Source: Promethearchaeota archaeon | GTDB taxonomy: Archaea; Asgardarchaeota; Lokiarchaeia; Sigyniarchaeales; SOKP01 | Length of the DNA: 64,000 bases | Direction of reading: 5' to 3' | NCBI GenBank assembly: GCA_008080735.1 | Contig: SHMW01000006.1 | Location: forward strand, 1 to 64,000 | Shown: piece after piece, positions 10,436 to 20,077 of the stretch | Numbering within the stretch: the stretch's first letter is position 1 | How the letters are laid out: the number at the start of each line of letters is the position of its first letter | Notes under the pieces: model-generated | The model's input: the letters and a program-made list of their open reading frames with translations, nothing else | What the model was told of the DNA's origin: nothing | The model's database searches: none | Program-made: the position numbers and the translations under genes

Positions 10436-11416
10436 ATGACTGTACCAAGTAAAGCCGAAAAATATGAACATGAAGAGCTGGACGTAACCCCTATTCGAGA
10501 AATTGCGCAAGAAGTCCTCAGTGAAGTTTCTCGCGTCATCGTTGGATATGGAGAAATTTTACAGCAATTATTTATTTCTCTATTAGTAAACGGACATGTG
10601 CTACTAGAAGGTGTGCCTGGCTTAGGTAAAACAGTTATGGCAAAAACTTTCGCAGAAACACTTGGAATTTCCTTTCGAAGAGTCCAATTTACCCCTGATC
10701 TCTTACCCGCAGATATTACGGGCACAAAAATCTTCTCTCAAGAAAAGGGGGAATTTGTCCTCCAAAGAGGACCGTTATTTGCAAATATAGTGCTTGCTGA
10801 TGAAATAAATAGGAGTGCTCCAAAAACACAAGCCGCTCTTCTAGAAGCAATGGCTGAACGGCAAATAACTATTGAAGGCCAAACTCTGGCGCTTGAGAAA
10901 CCTTTTATGGTTATCGCTACAGAGAATCCAGTTGAAATGGAGGGTACGTATCCACTACCAGAGGCACAAGTTGATAGATTCCTCTTTAAGTTATGGCTTG
11001 ATTATCCCGAACAAGATGAGGAAGTAGAGATTATGAGACGACAGCTATCAGGTGATCTTCCTTCAGTACAACAGATTACTAGCGGCCCAGAAATATTGGC
11101 TGCTCAAAATCTTGTAAATCAAGTATATATCGATGAGCGTATTCTTAAATACATTAGAGACTTGATTTTGAAAACGAGAAGTCATCCACAGGTACAAATG
11201 GGATGCGGACCAAGAGCTTCGTTGGTATTGATGAAATGCTCAAAAGCGCGTGCTGCAATTCTCGGAAGATCTTATGTGACTCCTGATGATGTGCGAGCAT
11301 TAACAGTTCCCGCTCTGAATCACAGAATTTTGCTCAAGCCAGAAGCGGAATTAGAGGGATTGGATGTGAAAGCAGTAGTAAAAAATATCCTTGAAGAAAT
11401 CCCGATTCCGATATAA
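10436..11416 (+). CDS. moxR: MoxR-family AAA+ ATPase
   Basis: GHVLLEGVPGLGKT, RVQFTPDLLPADITG, LADEINR, ENPVEMEGTYPLPEAQVDRF. Confidence 0.95.
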   Translation: MTVPSKAEKYEHEELDVTPIREIAQEVLSEVSRVIVGYGEILQQLFISLLVNGHVLLEGVPGLGKTVMAKTFAETLGISFRRVQFTPDLLPADITGTKIFSQEKGEFVLQRGPLFANIVLADEINRSAPKTQAALLEAMAERQITIEGQTLALEKPFMVIATENPVEMEGTYPLPEAQVDRFLFKLWLDYPEQDEEVEIMRRQLSGDLPSVQQITSGPEILAAQNLVNQVYIDERILKYIRDLILKTRSHPQVQMGCGPRASLVLMKCSKARAAILGRSYVTPDDVRALTVPALNHRILLKPEAELEGLDVKAVVKNILEEIPIPI

Positions 11417-11485
11417 TAAGAGTATTTTTCGTCTAAAATAATATAATAAGAGAAAAATAGGAAAGATGGAGGTAATGATTAAACA

Positions 11486-12814
11486 TTGCTAGGTGGAAAA
11501 GGAAGAAGCTTAGTCATTTTCAGCGTGTTCTTTTTAACTGCTGGTTTTGCATTTGTTAATTATTTCCTTGTATTTTTTGGGATAATTTTATTATTTAGTA
11601 CGGTTGTCAGCCTTCCACTTTTCTATTATCAGATGAATATTGAGGAATTGAAGGTTTATCGGGAATTAGAAAAAGAAAAGGTGTTCAAGGATGATTTCGT
11701 GCATATTAAAGTGGTAGTAGAAAATCGCGGTAAAAATAGTTTCGACTTTCTTGAAATTCGTGATAGCTATAATCCGGAATTATTTCGGTTAATACTAGGT
11801 GAAAATTTCATTAGTACTCGGATTGGTCCTAAAGAAACAATAAAATTCTCATATATCTTAGAACCGAAAGTCAGGGGGACCTATCCTTTAGGACCATTGA
11901 CAGTTACCGTTAAGGACAGACTAGGGTTCAATTCTGAAGAGCGGATTGTTCCCAATAGCGTCACCGAAATTTTAATATATCCGCCCTATGAAGATATCAA
12001 ACGAATTGAAATTCTCGGGTCAAAACGCTCCCTTCAATTAAATTATGGAGTTCAACGCTCGAAACAAAAAGGATTAGGTTCAGAATTTTATGGTATGAGG
12101 AAATATGTATTCGGGGACCAATTTCGATTAATAGATTGGAAAGCCAGTGTCAGGACACAAAAACTTATTGTGAGAGAATTTGAATCAGAACGAGATATTA
12201 CTGTGATGATTTTAGTCGATTCATCCAATTCTATGGCTGGTGGTGCGATAGATAATACCAAATTCGAATATGCAATACGTGCCTGTATGTTATTAACAAA
12301 AATTGCACTTACTCGTCGAGATAATGTGGGTGTATACACCTTCTCAGATAAGAAGAATCTTCGATTTTTAAAAGCTGGAAGTGGAGACGATTTTTTTTAT
12401 CGTGTCTTGGATTTTGTTGCCCGGGTAAAACCTGAAGGAAAATGCCGGATTGTTGAAGCATTTGATTATTTCGTGCGTAGGTTCCAAAAAAGAAGCTTAG
12501 TGTTTGTAATTTCTGATTTAGAGTCTAACGTAAAAGAGATTCGAGAAGCATTGAAAAAATTAGTTCCTTTTGATCATACTGTAATTATAATCAATCCATT
12601 TTCTCCTTGGTTTGAAATTCATGAGGTGGATTTATCCAGTACGGATAAAGCGCTAGCTGAAGCGATAGCTGAGGAGATGATGGAACACATTTTAAAGATT
12701 AGGCAGCAAGCGAGAAATATGGGAATGAACGTAATAACGGTGGGTCCAGATGATATGATGAACCAAGTTATCGCAAATTATCTCGAAGCTAAGAAGAAGG
12801 GTAAAGCATACTAA
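11486..12814 (+). CDS. DUF58 / vWA-domain protein (MoxR partner)
   Basis: N-terminal TM hairpin; GSEFYGMRKYVFGDQFRLIDWKAS; MIDAS-type DSSNS; VISD. Confidence 0.9.
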   Translation: MLGGKGRSLVIFSVFFLTAGFAFVNYFLVFFGIILLFSTVVSLPLFYYQMNIEELKVYRELEKEKVFKDDFVHIKVVVENRGKNSFDFLEIRDSYNPELFRLILGENFISTRIGPKETIKFSYILEPKVRGTYPLGPLTVTVKDRLGFNSEERIVPNSVTEILIYPPYEDIKRIEILGSKRSLQLNYGVQRSKQKGLGSEFYGMRKYVFGDQFRLIDWKASVRTQKLIVREFESERDITVMILVDSSNSMAGGAIDNTKFEYAIRACMLLTKIALTRRDNVGVYTFSDKKNLRFLKAGSGDDFFYRVLDFVARVKPEGKCRIVEAFDYFVRRFQKRSLVFVISDLESNVKEIREALKKLVPFDHTVIIINPFSPWFEIHEVDLSSTDKALAEAIAEEMMEHILKIRQQARNMGMNVITVGPDDMMNQVIANYLEAKKKGKAY

Positions 12815-12852
12815 AAAGAAAAAATTAATGAAAAAATAATTCAAATAAAAAG

Positions 12853-14346
12853 GTGAATATTATAGCTCGATATTATCTGATAGGTTTAAGGATACTGAAT
12901 GCGTTACTTTTTATTTGGATAATCACCCTTTTCTTATCTTTATTTGATTTTAGTGCGGTTTTAACCACGGCAGATAACGAGTTAGTGATAGTCGATGTGA
13001 TCCTTTCGATAAAAAATGTCGTGAGCTACGCGTTGTTTTTCCTTCTTTATCTAATTGCCTATGGCATTGCGTTTATAATAGCGGGTCTATTTGCACCTTT
13101 ACCGTTCTTTGATATGAATTTTATGTTTAGTTTTATTCAACTCTTCTTTAAAAACTTTTTAAGTTTATGGTTTTCTTTCCCTGGAGGTACGACTCCAGAA
13201 CTATTTGACATACCCCTTTTAATTCTGGAAGAATTTCTATTATTTACAGAGGATTTTTATCTGCTTATTTTTCAAATTTTATTCATTATCGCAATAATTT
13301 ATTTAGTTAGAGGGATCCTCTCAAGTGATCCAAAAAATAATATGAGGGCGATTGGATGCTTGGTGTTAATGATCGTAATCCCACTCATTATTTTTGGATT
13401 TAGGGATATGTTAGCATTGTTTGGATTGGTAGAACCTTTCAATTCCTTGGGTATAATAAATCTTAGTGAATTAACAAATCCTCTAAGCCCTTTGTTTGAT
13501 GATATTCCCATCGATAATTTCTTTGCCTTCCTTATAAGTCCTGTTGCGCTTTTTGCAATAACGAGTTATTTATACCTAGAATTTGCGTTCCAAATTAATT
13601 ACATTGATACCGTAACACGACCATCTCTGGAGAGAAGCGACCGTTTGGAAGCCCAATTGAACTTATTACGAAAAGAAGCTGTCCATATTACCGCAAATAT
13701 AGACAAAATTAAAGAAGAAGCAAAAAAGAAAAAAGAAGAATTAGGCCTTCAAAAAGAGTCAGTGGGCAAATTTTTATCTCAAAAGGATAAGAAGTTTTCA
13801 TATGTAAAAGAAATGATTGAAAGAAAAAAACTGGAATCAGAAGAGAAAAAACTGGTTCAAGCAGCATCCAAAACGCGAAGGTTGGGAAGATATATTGATA
13901 GATTATTTAGAGAAGATATTGAAGCAGAAGATACTTTAACGGCCCGATCATCTACCCCCCGGACAAGAAACTTAGCAGTCTCGACAATAACAAATTCTGC
14001 ATTTAGATTAGTTATTCTCATTCTTATAAGTTTTGTAATTATTCATCCTGAATGGTTTTTTGTGAACGTTTTTCAATTACCTCCAGCAATCACAGAGTCT
14101 GTTGCGACAATGAGTCCCGAGATTATCATCATTCTTTTATTACCAATAATTCTGCTATTTCCCGTAATCGGAAAACTAATCTCTTATATCAAACATCGGT
14201 CACTCGTATTAAGATTGAAACAAGAAGGTAAAATAAAAGAAATAATGGCATCGGTGGGGGACTATGTCAAAAAGGAACAAGAACCCCCAGCTGAAGAAAT
14301 AGAAGAAGAAATTTCAATTGGAGAAGTTACCACAGAAGCAACATAA
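12853..14346 (+). CDS. Polytopic membrane protein with a large charged coiled-coil loop
   Basis: Multiple hydrophobic helices flanking a K/E/R-rich segment (about aa 250-380); last gene of the MoxR cluster. Confidence 0.7.
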   Translation: MNIIARYYLIGLRILNALLFIWIITLFLSLFDFSAVLTTADNELVIVDVILSIKNVVSYALFFLLYLIAYGIAFIIAGLFAPLPFFDMNFMFSFIQLFFKNFLSLWFSFPGGTTPELFDIPLLILEEFLLFTEDFYLLIFQILFIIAIIYLVRGILSSDPKNNMRAIGCLVLMIVIPLIIFGFRDMLALFGLVEPFNSLGIINLSELTNPLSPLFDDIPIDNFFAFLISPVALFAITSYLYLEFAFQINYIDTVTRPSLERSDRLEAQLNLLRKEAVHITANIDKIKEEAKKKKEELGLQKESVGKFLSQKDKKFSYVKEMIERKKLESEEKKLVQAASKTRRLGRYIDRLFREDIEAEDTLTARSSTPRTRNLAVSTITNSAFRLVILILISFVIIHPEWFFVNVFQLPPAITESVATMSPEIIIILLLPIILLFPVIGKLISYIKHRSLVLRLKQEGKIKEIMASVGDYVKKEQEPPAEEIEEEISIGEVTTEAT

Positions 14347-14368
14347 ATCCTTTTTCCCATATAATATT

Positions 14369-15298
14369 TCACAAATCTATAACATATTTTGCTAAAGCTT
14401 TTTTTTTATCAAGATCACTCATTATTGTATTGTAAGTATATACATTTATTCCCAACTCTTCGATCTTAGTTTGCAATTGCTTATCTTGTTCATCGATCAC
14501 AAAATGACCTAAGAACTCTTGATAATATTTGGCAACACCGTAACTAGACACTTCTAGTCCTTTCCATTTTAATAGTTTATCTGCTGGTCCTTTCACGGTT
14601 TTACCCGCGATAATTGGACTGATAGCATATACTTTTTCCTTAACTTCGGTTAGTGCTTTTTTGATCCTCTCAACACCGAGTATTGTTCCAATGGAGACGA
14701 TTGGATTAGAGGGGCAGATAATAATTTTATCAGCGTTTTTGATATATTGTAATACATTTTTAGCGGGTTTCGCTTTCTCAATATCCCTAAATTCCACATT
14801 CACTATCTCGGGTTCACATCTGTATTTGATATAATATTCTTCAAAATGAAGTTCACCAATTGGTGTTTCAATATAAGTCTGCACAGGCTCATTACACATA
14901 GGCATCACACTCGCTTCTACACCTAATTTGCTACATATTATATTTGTGATTTGTTCTTTAGTAAAACCTCGAGTTATTAAATCGCTTCTATAGATATGAG
15001 TTGCAAGGTCTTTATCTCCCGCATTAAACCAATTTACATCGTAAAAATGAGTTAATCTGCTGAGACAATTGAAAGATTCATTTCTAAATCCCCATCCCTT
15101 TTTTCTATCAATAAGGTCTGCTAAAGTGTATGTAATAATATCCAGATCCGGGCAGATATGAAGTCCAAATAGGATTATATCATCTGCAGTATTCACAATT
15201 ATTTTGAGGTTCTTTTGGTCGATGATATTTGCAAGACCGTCAATGAATTTAGCTGCCCCCACCCCTCCAGCTAATAATAAATATAAATTTTCAGTCAT
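14369..15298 (-). CDS. cofD: 2-phospho-L-lactate/PEP transferase (F420 biosynthesis)
   Basis: LAGGVGAAKF, NTADD, ICPDLD, GDKDLATH, PSNPIVSIG, SPII..KGPADKL. Confidence 0.93.
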   Translation of the reverse strand: MTENLYLLLAGGVGAAKFIDGLANIIDQKNLKIIVNTADDIILFGLHICPDLDIITYTLADLIDRKKGWGFRNESFNCLSRLTHFYDVNWFNAGDKDLATHIYRSDLITRGFTKEQITNIICSKLGVEASVMPMCNEPVQTYIETPIGELHFEEYYIKYRCEPEIVNVEFRDIEKAKPAKNVLQYIKNADKIIICPSNPIVSIGTILGVERIKKALTEVKEKVYAISPIIAGKTVKGPADKLLKWKGLEVSSYGVAKYYQEFLGHFVIDEQDKQLQTKIEELGINVYTYNTIMSDLDKKKALAKYVIDL

Positions 15299-15304
15299 AA
15301 ATAT

Positions 15305-16732
15305 TCACTCAATTTTGAAAATAATATCATCTAATTTTTTACGTTTGGGCGTTTTTGGCTCCTTCTTGGGATATCCAACTGTAATAAACGCTATAGGATC
15401 AAAATCTCTGGGAAGATTCAGTACCTCTCTCACTTCTTTTCTTGCGAATAGTGGGGCACAATACCAAGAACCCGCTAATCCTTTTGACTCTAAGGATAAA
15501 AGGAAATAGGTTGCGCAGGTACTTATGCTCTGTATTCCGAGTAGATACTCATTCCGAGATCTTTCCGCGTCAGAATATTCTTGAAGATCAGATTTATCTA
15601 AACATAACAATACCAATAAGGGCGCCTTTAAAAAACTTTCTCGTGTTTTATTAATATTCTTTTCTATGAATTGTTGTGATCTGTTGTCCCTTTGGAGATC
15701 TTCACGCATTTTATCATTCATTTTATCAATCAGATTTTTTCTCACTTCTCCTCTTTTTAAAATAATATATCTCCAAAACTGACCATTGTGTGCACTTGGC
15801 GCCCATCTTGATATTTTAATACACTTTTTTATAGTCTCGATATTAACTATTCTTTCTTGGAAAGGTAATTTATAGCTCCTTCTATTTTTTAATACTTCTT
15901 TAATTAAATCTTCTTTATTGGACCTAAACAAATCTTTTATAGGCTCTCGCAAAATAGAATTAATTGATACATTTTCCACAGTATTATAACTATAACCTTT
16001 AATTAACACTGCTGGAATACCTTCATCAGATTCCCCCATCAAAAGTTGCGCTGCTGATGCTAGATTGTCTATCTGACCTATGATAGTTGTTTTTAATTCT
16101 TTTTTAAATAAATCTGTGGCACCTCGTTTATCTAATAAGGGCGCGATTCCTGAAACACCAATCGCAACCCCTACTGACCCCACTCTAAAGGGTCGTCCAA
16201 ATGAGTCTGATATAATTACCGTTATATCTTTATTAGTCTTTTGTTTTATTGCTTTTCTGATTTTATCCGCCTCTTTATCGGGATCAGCGGGTAAAAGTGA
16301 TATTACATTCCCCTCCCCCACATTTGATTTATCAATGCCCGCATTAGCACAAATAAATCCATGTTTGGTTTCTGTAATTAGTATATGTGAGGATTTGATT
16401 AATTTTTTAGATTCATCTAAAATCGCTTGGATCAGTTCTGGTTCTTTGATGGGTAAATCTTCGCCTTCAGTTTTTTCTTTAATTTTTTGGTAAATTCGCA
16501 ACGCGTCCTTACTTGGGTTTATCAAGTTTAAATCTCTTATATCTCCGAGACTTTTAGATATTATTATTTGTGCAATTACAATGATATCGCCATTATCCAA
16601 CCTTAGTTCATTTCTCTCAATATTATCTAAAATTATGTTAGAGATGTCATCCCCCTCCTTTATTAAGGGGATATTCTCAATTCCTATAATCTCAATTTTC
16701 TTTGAATTATGCATCTTGTTATTGAGTTTCAA
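15305..16732 (-). CDS. fbiB: F420-0:gamma-glutamyl ligase (CofE) fused to a C-terminal nitroreductase domain (FbiB architecture); likely start ATG 16714
   Basis: CANAGIDKSN, SDSFGRPFR, GESDEGIP; then RRSY..WAPSAHNGQFWRY..GLAGSWYCAPLF..VGYP. Confidence 0.88.
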   Translation of the reverse strand: MKLNNKMHNSKKIEIIGIENIPLIKEGDDISNIILDNIERNELRLDNGDIIVIAQIIISKSLGDIRDLNLINPSKDALRIYQKIKEKTEGEDLPIKEPELIQAILDESKKLIKSSHILITETKHGFICANAGIDKSNVGEGNVISLLPADPDKEADKIRKAIKQKTNKDITVIISDSFGRPFRVGSVGVAIGVSGIAPLLDKRGATDLFKKELKTTIIGQIDNLASAAQLLMGESDEGIPAVLIKGYSYNTVENVSINSILREPIKDLFRSNKEDLIKEVLKNRRSYKLPFQERIVNIETIKKCIKISRWAPSAHNGQFWRYIILKRGEVRKNLIDKMNDKMREDLQRDNRSQQFIEKNINKTRESFLKAPLLVLLCLDKSDLQEYSDAERSRNEYLLGIQSISTCATYFLLSLESKGLAGSWYCAPLFARKEVREVLNLPRDFDPIAFITVGYPKKEPKTPKRKKLDDIIFKIE

Positions 16733-17153
16733 AATTAGAATTAATTGGTTTACCTGTTCTATATAGTGTACTCATCATAGTTGCAACTTTTTTTTTTTTA
16801 TCCTTTTTTTTAGTGTAAAGTGTAAAAAGATAGGTTCCAATTTTTCTGGTTTGATTGATTATTTCCCCATCCACATATAATATTTGCTCGGGATCGGGTG
16901 ATGAATGATAGGTGATATGACAATCTAATGCTACAGAAACATTATTTTTATTATTGCCTAAAACAGAGAATGCGGCATCAGCTAATCCATAGATTGCCCC
17001 TCCATGAGGTCGCCCGTAAAAATTGTTCAAATCCGATTTGAGTTTCATGTGCATTTTTACGGTATTTTCATTTAGCTCATCTAAGATTACACCTAGCTTT
17101 TGAGCGAAAAGGTCTTCTCTAAATTTTTCCTTTATAATCTCAATCTTTTTCAT
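16719..17153 (-). CDS. PaaI-family hotdog-fold acyl-CoA thioesterase
   Basis: DLFAQKLG, NFYGRPHGGAIYGLADAAF. Confidence 0.88.
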   Translation of the reverse strand: MKKIEIIKEKFREDLFAQKLGVILDELNENTVKMHMKLKSDLNNFYGRPHGGAIYGLADAAFSVLGNNKNNVSVALDCHITYHSSPDPEQILYVDGEIINQTRKIGTYLFTLYTKKKDKKKKVATMMSTLYRTGKPINSNFETQ

Positions 17154-17175
17154 TTTTTTCTTTATTAGGTAATTA

Positions 17176-18231
17176 TCACATTCTTAGATATTTTTTTATT
17201 TTGGCATCTTTCATAATTGTCTTTATTTCATCTTTCTTTTCAACTGCGCAACAAGATGAAAAAAATTTTAGCTTAATTTGGGGGTAATTTTTATTTACCC
17301 ATTGTAAAGTATGCCTTGAAGGCATTTCCAGCCTATTAATTCCCGCTTTGATAGCCATTTTTTCTAACGATTGACGTATTTTGCCCCTTGGTCGCATGCA
17401 TCCTAACGATATTTCCTTATTAGGAAAAATAAATCGAGCCAGAGCGATAATTTTTGATATATCTATTATAGATGGTGTTTTAAATTCCATCTGTGAACTT
17501 TTGGGGGGAATAAGTGCTATGAAAACGATTAATGCGGGATCCAGACCACTTTCCTTAATTAATTTGATGCATTCTAACTCTTTCGATAATTCCCCATAAT
17601 GTAATCCTATACAGATATGAGGAACAATGTTCAAATTATATTTTTGGAGTAATCTAATTGATTTTTGATAATCATTTATGCTTTTATCTAAGTGATAAAT
17701 ATTTTGTATGATCTCTTGATCCACATTTATATCAAAAGAGACGATATCCACATTAGCAGCTGATAATTTTTTAGCTGTTACCTCATTTAACAATCCCGTG
17801 TGAGTGTTAATTATCAGATTTGTTTCTTTTTTAATTTTTTTAATGGTATCCAGATATTTATATAGAGGGACTGATCCATCCGATAAACACCCTCCCGAAA
17901 TTAACGCACCCACCCCTCCATTTTTAGCATGTGTGATTAAATAATGATAAAGATCACTGTTAGTCGTAAGAGGTTTCATACCCTTCAAATATTTCTCGTT
18001 ACAGTGTTCACAACTCAACTCACATCGATCTCCTGTAATACTTATGGCAGGAAAACGATCGTCAGGAACATATATTTTTAAAACCTCTCCCCGATTGTTC
18101 AATTTAATTTTATAAGATAATTCAAAAAACCGTTCTAATTTCTCGTCTGGTAATTTTATGAATTCAAAATAATCATCCCAAGTTGCTTGATTGTTTTCAA
18201 ACCTTCTGAATAGACTTTCTGTTTTATTCAT
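17176..18231 (-). CDS. lipS1: Radical SAM lipoyl synthase subunit, archaeal LipS1 type
   Basis: CELSCEHC (CX3CX2C), LGCMRP and C-terminal CC motif; adjacent to lipoate ligase. Confidence 0.8.
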   Translation of the reverse strand: MNKTESLFRRFENNQATWDDYFEFIKLPDEKLERFFELSYKIKLNNRGEVLKIYVPDDRFPAISITGDRCELSCEHCNEKYLKGMKPLTTNSDLYHYLITHAKNGGVGALISGGCLSDGSVPLYKYLDTIKKIKKETNLIINTHTGLLNEVTAKKLSAANVDIVSFDINVDQEIIQNIYHLDKSINDYQKSIRLLQKYNLNIVPHICIGLHYGELSKELECIKLIKESGLDPALIVFIALIPPKSSQMEFKTPSIIDISKIIALARFIFPNKEISLGCMRPRGKIRQSLEKMAIKAGINRLEMPSRHTLQWVNKNYPQIKLKFFSSCCAVEKKDEIKTIMKDAKIKKYLRM

Positions 18232-19003
18232 ATTTACATAACCAACTCTCTTGAGAATATTTCTCTTTCATTAGTTTATGCGCCAATTTTAGTTCGAAGG
18301 CAGAATAGTCTCCTATCTCCAACTTTATATTTAAAATTCTTTCGAAACCTCGTTGGATTGATTCAAGAAACTTATCTTCATCATAATTTTCAAGTTTTTC
18401 CCGGATTCCAATACATTTAGATTTTACAGATCGGACCATTCTACTCTTAGATACATTAGGGGGCGTTTTTAATACCGTATACATCAGATCGGGATCGATT
18501 GTAAGCAGAATTGTGCCATGTTGTAGTAAGTAGCCCTTTCTTCTAACTTGAGCATTTCCAGAAAACTTCTTCCCATCCATAAAAAGAGCTGGGCAATGAA
18601 TTATACCTTTTTCTGACTCTAACCCGAAAATATTTAATCCTTCTACAATTCCTTGGGTAATGAGTTCAAACTGTTCCAAAACTTTACGCGCATCATGCTT
18701 TTCTAAAAATTTTAAGGAACATACAATTGAATAAGTAATTTCTCCTTTATTATCATGGAACACGGCACCCCCACCCGTAATTCGCCGCACATAATCAAAA
18801 CCCCTTTTCTTACAAAATTCCACATTAATTTCATCAGCTAAACTTTGATTTCTCCCTATTGTTGCGGTTGAAGGCTCCCATTTATAAAATCGGAAGGTAA
18901 ATGGTGATTTTTTTAGTATCACCGCTCTTAAAATAGCCTCATCGAGAGCCATATTCCGATAGCCATTATTTGTTTCTAACGGTACATATCTCCATATTTT
19001 CAT
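18224..19003 (-). CDS. Lipoate/octanoate-protein ligase catalytic domain (LplA-N/LipM family)
   Basis: NMALDEAIL, VRRITGGGAVFHD, GKKFSGNAQ, LQHGTIL. Confidence 0.92.
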   Translation of the reverse strand: MKIWRYVPLETNNGYRNMALDEAILRAVILKKSPFTFRFYKWEPSTATIGRNQSLADEINVEFCKKRGFDYVRRITGGGAVFHDNKGEITYSIVCSLKFLEKHDARKVLEQFELITQGIVEGLNIFGLESEKGIIHCPALFMDGKKFSGNAQVRRKGYLLQHGTILLTIDPDLMYTVLKTPPNVSKSRMVRSVKSKCIGIREKLENYDEDKFLESIQRGFERILNIKLEIGDYSAFELKLAHKLMKEKYSQESWLCKYE

Positions 19004-19011
19004 GTTTTCAA

Positions 19012-20019
19012 TTAAATTTTTGTAAAAGATTTGAGTTGATCATAGATTTGGTCTTTTTCTGATTTGGTGAGCTTGCGGGGATAATTATAGATTGGTCCCG
19101 AGGGCTTTGACGTATAATAAGGACGATTACAATTAGGACAACCCGTAGTCATAAATGCTATGCTATCATCTACAATATTTAGCAAATCTGCTTTACTAAT
19201 ATTAAAACCAATAATAGCTTCTTTATTATTGAAAGTTATATCTTTAAGTGATTTATTCTCGTTCACTAATAAATACCTTCCTAATTGAACTTTTCTGAAA
19301 TTTAACAAATCTGGTGAGTTTAGATCTTCCAGATTAGTACCTTTAATTGGAGTAAATGCAAATAGGGCTGGTGTAATATGATGCTCCTTTAATTTAAAAA
19401 TTAATTCCATTATTTCCTTCTGGGAATTCCCTAAACCTACAATGATGTGAGTAGAAACCGCTCCATCTCTAAATATTTTTGTTGCCTTTAATAATGCTTC
19501 ATAATGAGTTTTCCAGCTATAAGGGCCATTCACCAGTTCTCCTTTAATCTTTTCAAACACCTGTTTACTGGCAGCATCTAAAGCAATTCCCACTCGTTCA
19601 ACACCCAATAATCGTAATTCTCTAATGCGATCTGTGTTCATTGGAGGAATAGCGATCGAAATGGGTATGGAGGTTTCTTTTTTTAATTCGGAAATAATTT
19701 CACATAGATCTTTGAAATTTTCTGGATAATTTAGTGTCTGGATACAGATCCTTTTGAATCTTTTTGAGGGCATCATATATTTTATTTTTGTTAAAAATTT
19801 CGAAAAAGAATATACTGGCCATGTAACACGCGATAAACGATCTATTGAAGACTCAGATTCACGCGCTTGTGGACAAAATCCACAATTCGCAGCACACTTC
19901 CCCTCCACATATGTCATTAAATAACATGTTGTTGGAGAATCTGCTATTTTGATATTTGATGTTAATCCGAGTTTGGCCGCGCTCCCTATTGAGACTCTGA
20001 TCTTGTTAACATCCATCAA
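19012..20019 (-). CDS. lipS2: Radical SAM lipoyl synthase subunit, archaeal LipS2 type
   Basis: CAANCGFC and TTGCPNCNRP motif; LSRVTWP. Confidence 0.8.
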   Translation of the reverse strand: MMDVNKIRVSIGSAAKLGLTSNIKIADSPTTCYLMTYVEGKCAANCGFCPQARESESSIDRLSRVTWPVYSFSKFLTKIKYMMPSKRFKRICIQTLNYPENFKDLCEIISELKKETSIPISIAIPPMNTDRIRELRLLGVERVGIALDAASKQVFEKIKGELVNGPYSWKTHYEALLKATKIFRDGAVSTHIIVGLGNSQKEIMELIFKLKEHHITPALFAFTPIKGTNLEDLNSPDLLNFRKVQLGRYLLVNENKSLKDITFNNKEAIIGFNISKADLLNIVDDSIAFMTTGCPNCNRPYYTSKPSGPIYNYPRKLTKSEKDQIYDQLKSFTKI

Positions 20020-20077
20020 AATAGTATAATTTCTCCATAAAGTTAAGTTTTTTTCATAAATTTCATAAGACTATTTA

